This document shows positions 62,895 to 64,000 of a stretch of 64,000 bases of DNA, in pieces. Both the position numbers and the translations under genes were made by a program. Positions within the stretch are counted from its first letter, which is position 1, and each line of letters starts with the position of its first letter. The notes beneath the pieces are model-generated. The model searched no databases. It was not told where the DNA came from and saw nothing but the letters and a program-made list of their open reading frames with translations. The DNA is from Podarcis tiliguerta (Eukaryota): the NCBI GenBank assembly GCA_965153285.1, contig OZ229115.1. One strand, 5' to 3'.

Positions 62895-64000
62895 AGTCTT
62901 GAATTATGAAATGCTTCTTCATATATCATACAAAGTAAACAAGTGTTCCAGGGTCATGTGGTAAAATATTTATATCATATCTGCCCTATTCAGTGACAAC
63001 ATCATCAAATAAGCTGAAATTGGGGAGGAAGTGACTATAATGAGGTGAGCTTTCTATATGCAATTACTTGTAGGTCTGCTGTGTTCAAACATTGTTGTAC
63101 CTTTGCCCATTTCGCTAATCAACAGCCAGGAAAAGTGATAACCCATCTTTTTGTGTGTGTGCTAATGGGGTAATAAGTCAGTATGAAGTCTGGCTCCCTC
63201 TGCTTAAAATGGACTTATCAGTTGGTTGGTAATGGGCCTATGTTTTTGTTGGCTTATTAGAGGGTCTTTTTGCAATGTTCACAGTGAAAGATGGCTGCTG
63301 TTGTCGTTATACTCTAGCAGGTTGTATAATGTACAGGATGCTGCTTTATGGATGTATCTTCCTTTCTTTTTCTTGGCCACTGCCTAGGAATATATAAACA
63401 TTAACAGATGTAGTCTTCATTGCAACATAGACTAGAAGTTCCACAAGCCGAGTCACATAATTGACTTATTACTCAATTAAAGTTCTTAGAGATATTGCTT
63501 TCTTTTGAAGAGCCCAGCTGCTCAAGCGATTCACTCTTGCTTTCAGTGTTAGCTGTGATAGTACTGAATGGGTGATTGCAGTAACATGCATTAATTCTGA
63601 AACTTGTTTATATGAAACAATCACGCATAATACGAAATGTAATTAATAATAGACTTTTACTCCCTCTCGAAATTCAGTGAAACTCTAAACCATTAACCAA
63701 CATCATTGGAATCTTCTACATCTCAGTTTTGTGTATTGATATTAGCGTTTAGAGACAGAGCACTTCAGTAAAGAACAGATTTTGATGCAAGAGTTAGTTG
63801 CTTTAGTATTGAATTATTGATGTCCAACAGAATAGAGTGGATGCTTTTTGCCTGCAGCCCTGCTGGCATTTTTGTGTGTATGTTTACGCATCATTGTCCT
63901 CTCTCTCTTTAGGAGAATAGTTGATTGGCAGTCTCGTTCCCAGAAGCAGGTAGATTCTTGGTCAGCAGTTAGATCCACTTTGAGGAACTGGTGGCCATTG

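Overview
This is eukaryotic (vertebrate) genomic DNA from a squamate reptile, probably a lacertid lizard, judged from Sauria SINEs, a Squam3-type SINE and BovB fragments. The window lies in the 5' part of the cAMP phosphodiesterase gene PDE4B on the + strand. It contains the two isoform-specific coding exons of long form PDE4B1 (12111-12224 and 15318-15547) and the alternative first coding exon of PDE4B3 (42552-42787). I did not find the shared UCR1 exon (FDVENG...), so it should lie downstream. The rest is intron, densely populated by transposons: an L2 LINE with an intact ~994-aa APE+RT ORF (minus strand), a 5'-truncated sister copy in inverted orientation, L1, Rex/Babar, RTE and BovB fragments, SINEs, and hAT and Tc1/mariner MITEs. 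Main observations: (1) a non-autonomous bipartite RTE element whose 5' end folds into a decayed HDV-like ribozyme with an unusual hairpin in L3; (2) a BovB insertion carrying a 57-bp copy of intron sequence from 10.5 kb away; (3) a ~1-kb inverted L2 pair bracketing the PDE4B3 promoter and first exon; (4) a Sauria SINE with a twin-priming-type inversion; (5) stacked uORFs on PDE4B3, one with its stop codon overlapping the main AUG; (6) adjacent JNK- and calcineurin-type docking motifs in the PDE4B1 N-terminus. All family assignments come from recognition by eye, not from database searches.
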